Of a DNA stretch of 64,000 nt, positions 36,996 through 48,121 are shown piece by piece. Below the pieces are notes generated by a model. It was not told the DNA's origin. It did not search any database and saw only the letters and a list, made by a program, of their open reading frames with translations. How positions within the stretch are numbered: the stretch's first letter is position 1; each line of letters opens with the position of its first letter. The DNA lies in the NCBI GenBank assembly GCA_028534125.1, contig CM052816.1, forward strand, positions 16,122,001 to 16,186,000, given 5' to 3'. Both the position numbers and the translations under genes were made by a program. This stretch comes from Lama glama (taxonomy: Eukaryota).

Positions 36996-39900
36996 ATGAA
37001 GGCCCGGACACAGGTGCTGGGGGATGAGTGGGAGCGGGGTGGGAGCAGGGTGGGGGCGGGGCAGGGTGGGGGGGCCTGTGCAGGCCTGCTCCCTGGGAGG
37101 GCAGAGACAAAGATTCTGATGAACTTGAAGAGTGACTGTCCCAGGCGGAACATGGCAATTGGGGGAGGGGGTGGGGTGGCAGTGGGGGTGAAGCAGCCTT
37201 CCACTTTGGGATTGGTTGACTCCAGGTTGGGGGCCAGCAGGGGCCTAGCCCACCACCCCTCTAGTGATACCCCAACGACCTCTAAGGGGCAGACTGTCTG
37301 TCCACAGTCTTCAGCCCTCTTGGCCTCCTCTCCTGGTGCCCCAGGCCTTCTGACTTTCGGGCCCATTCCCTTGGCTAGAATGCCCAGATCCTGAGGGCTC
37401 CAGGAGTCAGTACAGTGGACTCATCCCTGCACAAAGCAACATGAGGTGGGAGCCAGGCACCGCCAGTTAAGGGGTAGCTGGGTGGATCAGACTTGAGGGA
37501 GGGTGGGGACCCCAGGCTTGGACTCCATTCTGTGGAGCTGACCAGCCAGTCAGGCTACCTAATTGATTCTGAAGCGGAAGGGAATTTTCCAGTCTCCATC
37601 ACTCCCCACCCTGAGTTATTGCTCTGTGCCGCCCCCAGCATGAGTCTGTGGGCTCAGCAGGGACCTCCACAAGGGACCCCACAGCGTCTCTGCCCACAGA
37701 GCCCAAGTTTGACATGTTGTACAAAATTGAGGACGTGCCGCCCTGGTACCTGTGCCTCCTGCTGGGCTTCCAGGTGAGCGTCTCCCCAGGGCCCTCCTAC
37801 CCAACACTGCACAGTCCCCAGGATCCCAAATCCTTCTTTGGCCAACAAAGTTATCTTGGGTAACAGGAAGAGAAACCTAATGTTGACAGTAATGACTGTC
37901 ACCAAGCTGGGGGTGGGGGGTGGGGAAGAGGCTCAATGGGGCCTGAAAGAGGATTAAGCTCCTGGGATGACGCATGACCTGTCAAGCGGAGTGCCGGTGA
38001 CAGGGATGAGGGCCCATTCCACAGAAGCCACAGGAATAATGGGGGCAGATTAGTAACCCCCAGAGAGGTGAGCTCTGTGGGAATCCCTTTTGGGAGCTTT
38101 GGTCCTGGGTGGGCACGCTGCCCAGAGTGGCATGGGCTCAGGCCCACGGAGGCAGGCATGAGGACTGTGAGGGTTTCTTTGTTTCCCTGTGAGCCAGTGG
38201 GCCCTGCCTCACGCACTCTCCCCAAACCCCAGCATTACCTGACCTGCTTCAGTGGCACCATCGCTGTGCCCTTCCTCCTGGCTGAGGCGCTGTGTGTGGG
38301 CCGTGACCAGCACATGGTCAGTCAGCTCATTGGCACCATCTTCACCTGTGTGGGCATCACCACCCTCATCCAGACTACAGTGGGCATCCGGTGAGCAGCC
38401 TCACCCCGACTCAGACACACACACAGTGATCCACAGAGCAGGAGCAGTCTCAGCACACCTTTGTGGGGGCAAAAAAGGCTGTTGTCTGCACCCACCTGCT
38501 GCCCCTACTCCCAGGCCAGCCTTAAAGCCAGGCAGCTGGGCTCCTACCCTGGACCCCTGGCACTCCTCAAGGATGAGGAGTTTGTGGTTTAAGGGACTGT
38601 GCCCTAGCTAGGCTCTCCCCCAGTAAGCCTTACTCTGGGTGATCAGGATCACCTGCTCTCCTGCTTCCAGGGCCTGTGTGAGCCTCTTCAATGGTCTGGC
38701 CTCCTGGCAGCCCCCTGCCCCTGTGTGCACAGCCCTAAGCCTGGGTGGCCTAGGATAGTTGTGTGCTGGGAAGATAGAGGAAGGCTGTGAGTGGAGCTTG
38801 GATGAAGGAACTAAGCTGTCCACTTTCATGCATGTGGCCCTTCACGGTGCAGAAGCTGGTATTGAGAAGGAAAGAGGGCAGATTGTAGGCCAGAGGCTCC
38901 ATTTGTTTTCTTCCTAAGTCCCTAAAATGTTATAGAGTCCTGCCTGGGGCCTCAGTGGCTTCCCTCTGCTCCCTCAGTGACTCACCCTTGCCCTTGTTCC
39001 TCTGTGTCTCTGTCCTTGTGTGTGATTCTCCCTTTTCCTCTCTCTCTGCCCATCTCTCCCCATCTCCCTATCTCTGTGTCTCTGCTCGCCTATGTCCTGC
39101 CCCGCCCCTGCTGCTCTGTGTCTTTCCTTCCAGGTTGCCGCTGTTCCAGGCCAGTGCCTTTGCATTTCTTGTCCCAGCCAAAGCCATCCTGGCCCTGGAG
39201 AAATGGAAATGTCCCCAGGAAGGTGGGAACATATCTGGGGTCTGTACTGGAGAGGGGAGGCCCAGGATCCTGGAGGTCTGGGCAACTGTCCCGAGTCTAG
39301 ACACCAGGGTCCAGATCCAGATCAGAGCTACATCTTTATTTCCTCTCTCTCTCTCTCTTCCCTGGCTCTTTGTGTGTGTGTGTGTTCCTGTCTCTGCCAC
39401 CAGAGGAGATCTATGGTAACTGGAGTCTGCCCCTGAATACCTCTCATATCTGGCATCCACGGATAAGAGAGGTGGGTTTGTGTGTAGGATAGCAGAGACC
39501 TGGACCTGAGGATGGGGTTAGATGGGAGGGAGGGCCACAGCTGAAATGGGGTATGTGAGGATGTGATCCAGAAACTTTTTCTAATGTAGAGGTCATGGCC
39601 TTTACATAATGACTTATAGTTGATCTTTGCTCTTCCAGGTCCAGGGTGCAATCATGGTGTCCAGTATGGTGGAGGTGGTGATTGGGCTGATGGGGCTGCC
39701 TGGGGCTCTGCTCAGTTACATTGGGCCTCTTACAGTCACCCCCACTGTCTCCCTTATTGGTCTCTCTGTTTTCCAAGCTGCTGGCGACCGAGCTGGCTCA
39801 CACTGGGGTATTTCAGCTTGGTGAGTGGGCTTGAGGCCTGATCCTTGCCCAGCCCCAGAACCCCTTTTTGTCCTGCCCCAGTAGCCCTGGACCCTGCCTC

Positions 39901-42900
39901 AGCCTGGCCTACCAGCCATTGCCTCTTTGTGCTTCTGCCCCCAGCTCCATTCTCCTGATCGTCCTCTTCTCCCAATATCTGCGAAACCTCACCTTCCTGC
40001 TGCCTATCTACCGCTGGGGCAAGGGCCTCACTCTCTTCCGCATCCAGATCTTCAAGATGTTTCCCGTGAGGAGCTGACAGGCAGCTTGGGCTGGGACTGG
40101 GGCAGGGGCTGAACCCATGTCCAGGGCCAAGGTGGGAGGAAAGGGCCAGGGCAGGAGGGGAGTGAGGCAGAGCAGAGATGAGGTCCCAGCCAGGGATGGG
40201 GGCCAGGTACTGAGTTGGGGCTGGGGCTGGGGCTAGGGCTGAGGTAAGAGCTGGTTAGCCTGGACCAAGATGTCCTGGGCCCTCAGTGCACCCCTCATCC
40301 CCCCCTGCTTCAGATCGTGATGGCCATCATGACTGTGTGGCTGCTCTGCTATGTCCTGACCCTGACGGACGTGCTGCCCTCAGACCCCACAGCCTATGGC
40401 TTCCAGGCACGAACAGATGCCCGAGGGGACATAATGGCTATCGCACCCTGGATTCGCATCCCGTACCCCTGTGAGCAACCCCAGCTGGGCCCCTCTGCCT
40501 CCAGCTGAGGCCATCTGTGAGGCCCCTGGTGACCCCAATCCAGCTGATTACATAACAAGTATTGGCTGCACATTTATGATGTGCCAGGCAGTGGTGGTGT
40601 ACTCAGATAAAGCCTCATTCCAGCTTCATGACTCTGAGTGATCCCAAATAAGCTCCCGCAACTGTACGGCTCCTCCTCCAGCCTGAGATCCTTTTACTTC
40701 TTCCCCGGCCCCACCCAGGACTGCCTAGACCCCTCCCTGAACTACCTAAAAGAGTGGATGCAGTGAGTGTTCCTATCTCCCTGTTGGCTCAGGTCAGTGG
40801 GGGCTTCCCACAGTGACTGCAGCTGCTGTTCTGGGAATGTTTAGTGCCACATTAGCAGGCATCATTGAGTCCATCGGAGATTACTACGCTTGTGCTCGCC
40901 TGGCTGGTGCGCCACCCCCTCCAGTTCATGCTATCAACAGGTATGCCCACTGCCGTCCCCAATATCTGATACCCTCAAGGGCCACTCAGGAAGCAAATGT
41001 AGGAACAGTGTTGAGTCCCAGAGGTGTGGAGTTGGGCACGTCACTGACACTTCAGACCTCATTCTCCTTACTTATGAAACGCAGATATGCTCTCATCACT
41101 CAGTCTGTGTTGCGAGTAGCTGAGGAGATAAGGAAGTCTGAGGGAAACTACAGTCGTTGACAACTTTCCATGTGCCTAGCCCTTGATGCGCATTCTCTTA
41201 TGCAATCCACTAATGACTCTGTAAGACAGATGCTCCTCATATCCTCATCTTCTAGATGAGGAAACTGAAGCCCAGAATCTCCTAAGGATTAGGTGCTAGG
41301 GCAGTGGGACTAGTGTTCAGACCTGAGCTTCTGGCTTGCAGACTCAACTCTGGCCTGGAGTAGGGAGTACTATGGACAGATAGTTCCAGCTCAGATAGCT
41401 CACAGAAGGTGAGAAGTCTGGACAGGGCGATGGGAGGACACAAGCCAGGACGGAGCTTGGACCAAGGCCCTTCCGTTCTCCCTTTCCTTACAGGGGTATC
41501 TTTACCGAAGGCATCTGCTGCATTATCGCAGGGCTGTTGGGCACGGGCAACGGGTCTACCTCATCCAGCCCCAATATCGGTGTCCTGGGAATTACCAAGG
41601 TACTGCAGCAAGCCAGAGCAGCACAAAGCTCCGCCCTCATTCCTTGTGCTGCAGGCGCCACCCCAAAGCTGTCCCTGCATTGGCTTAGTCCTAGCCTGTC
41701 TTTGAGAGGCCCAGTGCTGCATCCAGCCCGGCTCTTATAACAGGCCCCGCCCGCCCCTCCCACGTCTAACGTTGTCCAGCCTCGCCCCCTGAGCCTAGCC
41801 CCGCCTCCTGGCTCACTGGCAGGTGGGCAGCCGGCGTGTGGTGCAGTACGGTGCAGGCATCATGCTGGTCCTGGGCACCATTGGCAAGTTCACAGCTCTC
41901 TTCGCCTCTCTCCCTGACCCCATCCTGGGGGGCATGTTCTGCACCCTCTTCGGTGAGTGAAGTGTGTGGGCCTGGGGAGGTGGCGCTGTCGTGGTGTGGT
42001 GGAGCCCACAGGCCTGCGCGTGGCCTCCAGCGGTTCTCCTGTGCCCTCAGGCATGATTACGGCTGTGGGGCTGTCCAACTTACAGTTCGTGGACATGAAT
42101 TCCTCCCGCAACCTCTTCGTGCTTGGATTTTCCATGTTCTTCGGGCTCATGCTGCCCAATTACCTGGAGTCCAACCCGGATGCCATCAACACAGGTGCCT
42201 CCATGTTTCACGGAGGGGGAGGTGTGGTCAGCTCGACTCTGAGCATAGTCTCCTCCCTCAAAGGCTCTACACAGCATGAGCCACAAATCCTGCCCAAGTC
42301 TGGATGTTAATCAGCAGCTGAGAGGCTAAATTAACAGCTGTCCTTTACTCAAGACACTTTCTGTGGACAGGTAATGAGCTTTACACGTGCTCATTTAATT
42401 TTCACAGTGGTTGTGTGAGATATACTATAATCATCTCCATATTCCAGATGAGGAAAATGAGGCTCAAAGATGTTAAAAGATTTGTCACAAGACAATAAAT
42501 AGCACCCAACAAAACTGGGATTTGAACTCAAGGATGGGAGAGGCAGAGGTGTATAATCCTGAAAGTCAAGGTTTTGTAATGTTCCATCTCCATGCCTGCT
42601 TAAGGAAGTCTGCAGGCTGCACAAGTGGGGAGAAAGTCTCTGAGCTCTGTTCTCCAGATGGGGCTGTGACATCCATTGGTCCTTGGCCTATTCCACAGGC
42701 ATTCCTGAAGTGGACCAGATTCTGACTGTGCTGCTGACCACGGAGATGTTCGTGGGTGGGTGCCTTGCTTTCATACTGGACAACACAGTGCCAGGTATGG
42801 ATCAGCTATGGGAGGGAAGCATAGAACTAGGTTGGACCCATATGCATTCCAGCAGATGTCTCTTAAGCTGGAGCTGTGGCCAAGTCAGATGCAACACAGG

Positions 42901-45467
42901 CCCTGTGGTAGAGTGCTCGCTGGCTGGAGGGAGAGATTACCAGCTAAACAGAGGCAAATACTTGCCTCTTGGTCTTGAATAGGGTGTGGCTAGGAAAGTC
43001 ATTCCAGGGCCCCACGAATTGTTTCCTTTCCACTTCTTGACAGCCATTGGTTAGAGGGGTACCTTTCTTTGTTAAAGTAGGACAGATACAAATATAGCAT
43101 CAGAATGTTGGCAAAACCCACTTCGTATTTGCCAGTGACCTGTCATGCTGGCTAGTAGAACCCCTAACATTTCTCTTTGGTATCAGGGCTTTTTGCAGGG
43201 ATCATGAAGGATACTTTGTGGGGTCCCTGAGAATCTTCATGGCCCATATATATGTGCACAGTAAATGTATGAAAACTAAATGTCACCAGATGCTCTAACT
43301 AGTAACAAGAATAGTTAACATTTACCAAACATCTATGGGTCAGGCATGAAGCTAAGGTCTCATTTCATCTTCAAAAACTATCTTGTGAGGCAGAGACAAC
43401 ACCATTTTACACGAGGAAACAGACTCACTGAATGTCACATCATTTTCTGATTTAAAACATTGCAAGTCAGGGATTTTAACAAAGTCCATCTGATGCAGTT
43501 ACTCCAAGGCCTGTGTTGCAACCCCTCCACTGTACTGCCTCTGCTACAGAGTTTCAGGGTAACTGTAACAGGGAGAGCTCTGTGGAGACAGCGGTTAGAT
43601 GGCATCAATCCAGAAAGATGAGATGGGAGTAGCTCTCCGTTCTCTGCCACCTATCAGCCTGAACATAGTTGCAGGCCCCGCTGGCTTCCCTCTCTCTGAA
43701 GGCACAAGTGTCTATTTAGAGCACAGGAATCAGAGGCTGGCTGTGCACAGCTGGTGGGTTGAAGTTTGGGCAGGGAAGGGACAGGGCTCCCTGGCACTTT
43801 CAAGATCTTAGCGTCAGATGAGGGAGTACTTGGTAGCAGCTATCCCTTGGATGGGTGGTATCCTGATCATGTTACTTCCCCCTTAGCCATCTAGAGGAAG
43901 ATGGGGTGGGGCCTGGAGCAGTCCATCTTGTAGACAGGAGACAGGGAAGTGGCAACTTCAATGCCTAGGGACTCCAGGGAGATGGAGGGCATCTGGGTGG
44001 GCAGCTGTACAGAGGGGTTTGTGATTTGGGCAGGTGGATTTAGCTACCGAATTGTTAACATCATCAGAGTGCCTGAGTTCCTCATATCCCTATCCTTCAA
44101 CCAAACGGCCCATCAGCAACCATGCCTGCCAAGAATCATTGTATGTATTATGCTACATAATCTTCTACAGTCCTTCAGTGTGCATTGGTAAGGAATTTTA
44201 AGCTCAAGAGTGGTTAAATCACTTGCCTAAGGTCACACATCCTTAATTCAAATCCAGCTCAGAATCCAGTCCTCAACCCTGGAATCACACAGCTTTCTTG
44301 TGTAGCACGGACACACTTGGGCTGATGGACCACTTTGCATTTACTCTTCCTTTTTTCCCAACCCACAGACCAACCTAAGGGGCAGTCAGTTTAGTTCAGC
44401 AATTACTACTGAAGGCTACCAGCATGGCCCCAAGTTATACTGAGTTAAAAACAAAAAAAAAGCCTAAGTCAACAAGAATGGAAGTAAAACTGGGTTTAAA
44501 GCAGTTTAGAACAATAAGGTGAATGAGCCTAGGCTGAAGTCATCTGGAGGGCTTCCTGGATGATTCTGGATGGGGTCTAAGAGGGTGGGATTTGAAGAAG
44601 CAGAGAAGGCACTGCAGGTAGGGATGTGAAGGATAGGGGAGGGAGCTCTAGACTGGCTGTTGTGCCCCGTAGGGGAAGGGGAAGGGGATCAGACACCTCA
44701 GTTCCATGCCACAGCTACAGATCTTCCCCCTCCACTATTCCCACCCATGCTCTCTGTGCAGCCAGGCCCAGCTCAAACGTACCTCTTCCAGATAGTCTTC
44801 CCCAAGGACCTCAGCTCTCCCTTCTGATATTTTGGGACATACAATCCCATATTCAAGATGTAGGTTAACAATTACTTGACCTTTTTGCCTGCCTTCATTA
44901 TATAATTTTGTATACTAGTGCTTATACACCTCCCACAGGTGTGTTTCAAAGATATTAGATAATGAAATTAAAGCACTTAGCATGTACTGGCATACTGTAA
45001 ACACGCAATAAATACTGTTTATGTATAACCAGTATCCTTTAAAAAGGTTCCTTAGAGGCTTGGCCCAGTTAGGAGCTGAGAGATCATGGATTCAACTTTG
45101 AGACTCAGAAAAATAATCAAGACACTCAATGCCAGTCCAGACTTCAGGACTAGGTTATGGGAAGGGGAGGTAGCAGGGGGCTGCTGGCCTTGGTAAGTGA
45201 TCCTACTGTCCTCTTCCAGGGAGCCCAGAAGAACGAGGTCTGATACAGTGGAAAGCTGGGGCCCATGCCAACAGTGAGATTTCTACCAGCCTCAAGAGCT
45301 ATGACTTTCCCATTGGGATGAACAAAGTAAAAAGAACTGCCTTTCTGAAATACATTCCTATCTGCCCAGTCTTCAAAGGATTTTCTTCAAGGTCAGGAGA
45401 CCAGCTTCCAGTTCCAGAAGGTTCTCCAGAAAATACAGAAACTGGGTCTGTGTGCACCAAGGTCTGA
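36996..45467 (+). CDS. SLC23A1: Sodium-dependent vitamin C transporter 1 (SVCT1), 599 aa. Exons 36996-37013, 37639-37773, 38233-38390, 39134-39222, 39404-39471, 39639-39820, 39945-40065, 40314-40470, 40793-40940, 41494-41599, 41823-41952, 42051-42194, 42699-42794, 45220-45467
   Basis: 14 exons joined by GT-AG introns total 1800 nt in one frame; NAT/NCS2 family hallmarks [42 protein letters not shown]-glycosylation sequons [16 protein letters not shown] motif; ends SVCTKV*. Confidence 0.97.
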
Positions 45468-47173
45468 AAAATTACTCCCAGGAAAGGTAGGATGTTTAGT
45501 CTATGGCTTTTGTGGGAGGGTTGAAAGATCACAACATTCTTACATTTGAGCTAAAGAAAAACTCTTGTTTCCATTTTTGTGACCTATTTAAATGTTTTCA
45601 ATGGGAAGGCAGGCTGGGTAAAAAGTTAATATATGTATTTGGGATGGAACTCCTTAGCCATTTTATAGTGAGAGTAGAACTTTCCAACAGGTGTGGGCCA
45701 TTAACCTTGTAAGAGGTTCCCAGTATGCCAAAATATTGATCCCTTCAGCCTTAGGGTATCTGGGCTGACACTGGGTCAACTAGAGCCCATGAACCTGAAC
45801 TCCAGCCACTAGCAGCCTCATCCTTGTACTCCAGATGATCAGTTACACTTTATGACATGGAAAAGGTTGAGAAGTAACTGACATAGCACAAGAATAGGAA
45901 AAATTCTCTTCAAGGATTAAGGATATTAAGTTGCCTTAATACTTACCCTAAAGTATTGGCCCTGATGGGGTGATCGTGTGTGTGAAGGGCTTAAAAAAAT
46001 CAAAGTGGTTTTAATGTGCATGTTCCCTCAGACAGACAAGTTTCAACAAAGTGAGAGCTTAGCTTAGATGACTCAATAATAATAGTAACAGTCACTTAAA
46101 TAGAACTTTCTATGTGCTAGGAATTGTCTTAAGTACTTGATGTATATTAACTAATCACACAATCCTGAGATAGTTATCAGTATCATTTTAATGAGGTGGA
46201 AACTAAGGCACAAATGTTAAGTGACTTGCCTACAATCACTGGATTCACACCTAGGAAGTTTGGTCAGCCTTTGCTCTTAATCATTAGGTTACAGTAAATG
46301 ACTCTCTAATTCAAGTTTATAATCTCCAATTATATTGCACTATGATAATTTGGCAGTATGTGGAAATGAAGTCATCTGCCCCTGTCTAGGCTCAGAGAAA
46401 GATCTGTAAGCCTCATACACTTGGCAGCCTGCTGTGCCACTTGTGGTACTGAGCTGTTATAGAGAACAGAGGTGACTGGTTGTATTATGGCTTTGAAAAG
46501 AACAAGAGCTAAGCAGGATCATCTCTGGTTCAGAGTCTTAAAAAAAACCTACCCGTTAGGGAGAATGTGAACCAGAACTGACTACATGGCCTTCATAATC
46601 TTGAGCCCACCAAACGTAACAAAAGCAGAGGATATTATCAGTGACTGAGTAGGGCTGTGAGGCAGAACTGTATGTGTAACCAGGAAATTTTAAGTTGGCT
46701 GACAGACTGTCCCAAATAAAGACTAGCCACAAACATGTAAATCAGCTTGTGAGGGGGAAAAAGGGGAAGGTACAGGTGAATCAAAATAGCAAACCAGTCC
46801 AATCAGACCAGCAATGGCTTGTGAAGGGCAGAAGCCAACAGAGGTTATACCAGAGTAAGGTTACCATTATACTGGCCAGCTGAAAAGTTTCTGAACATGT
46901 ATATATATACAACTGTCCTGACACTGTGGCCTGAAGCGATCAAGGTGGGCTCCAGAAGGGGATATGGGGTTATTTTTCTGCTGCATTTTGGACAGATCCT
47001 TGCATAACAAATTACTCGACACTAATGGAATCGAATATAAAGCCTGCTCTCTCAGCAAATCTTGCCAGCAGGGTGGTCCTGAGGGACTGAGCCCATACTA
47101 AAGTGAGTATCGCCACTGGACAGCCTATATTCCAGCACCAATGAACACAACCATCAGCTCAGTTCTACTATTA

Positions 47174-47972
47174 TTTATTTTTTTAAATATTTTTGAAAAA
47201 ATATAATTTTTTTACAATATTTTCAACTTAAACACTATTCACACTGAACACATATGGCAGCTTAACCTACCAAAATATGAATTTTAAGAAGCCAAAACTG
47301 TTCTAGCTTTGTTAAAAGAAAAGTTGTGCTGCAGACTATTGTAGTGATGATTAACAAAGCAAGGAAAAGCACCACTCCAATCATGTTACAATTTCTTTGT
47401 TCAGCTGGATTATGGGTTGGTCAAATGTTAGACTTAACACAGGTACAGTTATGATGCAGTGACTCCTTAGAAGTGGATGCAATTCTCAGATCACAGTTTC
47501 TCAGATGTAACATTAGGAGAATTCACTATTTCTTACATGATAACACACCATAAAAGCCAGGACTTAGGTTCACTACCTTGTAACCTCAGTAACCAAAGAC
47601 ATACTTGTCTATAATGAATTATTTCAAAGTAACTAACAAGCTTTCTTCAGAAAAAGGACATTTCTTTTTGAAGGGAACAAATGCAAATTTAAGTCTGACT
47701 GAGAAATTCCCTTAACAACTAGAACTTAATTTAAATTTACTCATTAAAAAAAAAAAGTTTAGACACTAACAAGTATTAGTTAACCCTAAGGGAACCAGTT
47801 TAGTCTCAAAAAGGACAATTCACTAAGATTCAGCAGTCATTAAACTGGTGCTTTGTCATGACTTGACTGGTGCTTCTTTCCTCGCTGTCTTCACATCAAG
47901 CCATGGGGCCAATTCTATTTTCAGTAAATGTTTGACAGCTTTTTACTTAATAACAGTCTCAGCACTTTTATT
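47174..47972 (-). terminator. PAIP2 tandem poly(A) signals: proximal 47967-47972 and distal 47174-47179
   Basis: TTTATT on + (AATAAA on -) about 150 nt and 940 nt past the PAIP2 stop, in AT-rich 3'UTR without obvious repeats. Confidence 0.65.
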
Positions 47973-48121
47973 AAGCATGCAAGACTAACAAAACTTTGGC
48001 AATGCATAAGTGTAACACAGTGACAAGAGAGAGCTTTTACAATTAAGTCTTCTAATACTGCCTTCACAGTGTGGAAATTGTGCTACATCCACCAAAAGAG
48101 GGCCCCATCTACTCAAATATT

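Noticed and set aside
36996..37394. 132-aa ORF starting at the SLC23A1 ATG
   Set aside because: Only the first 6 codons are exonic; the rest is read-through into G-rich intron 1
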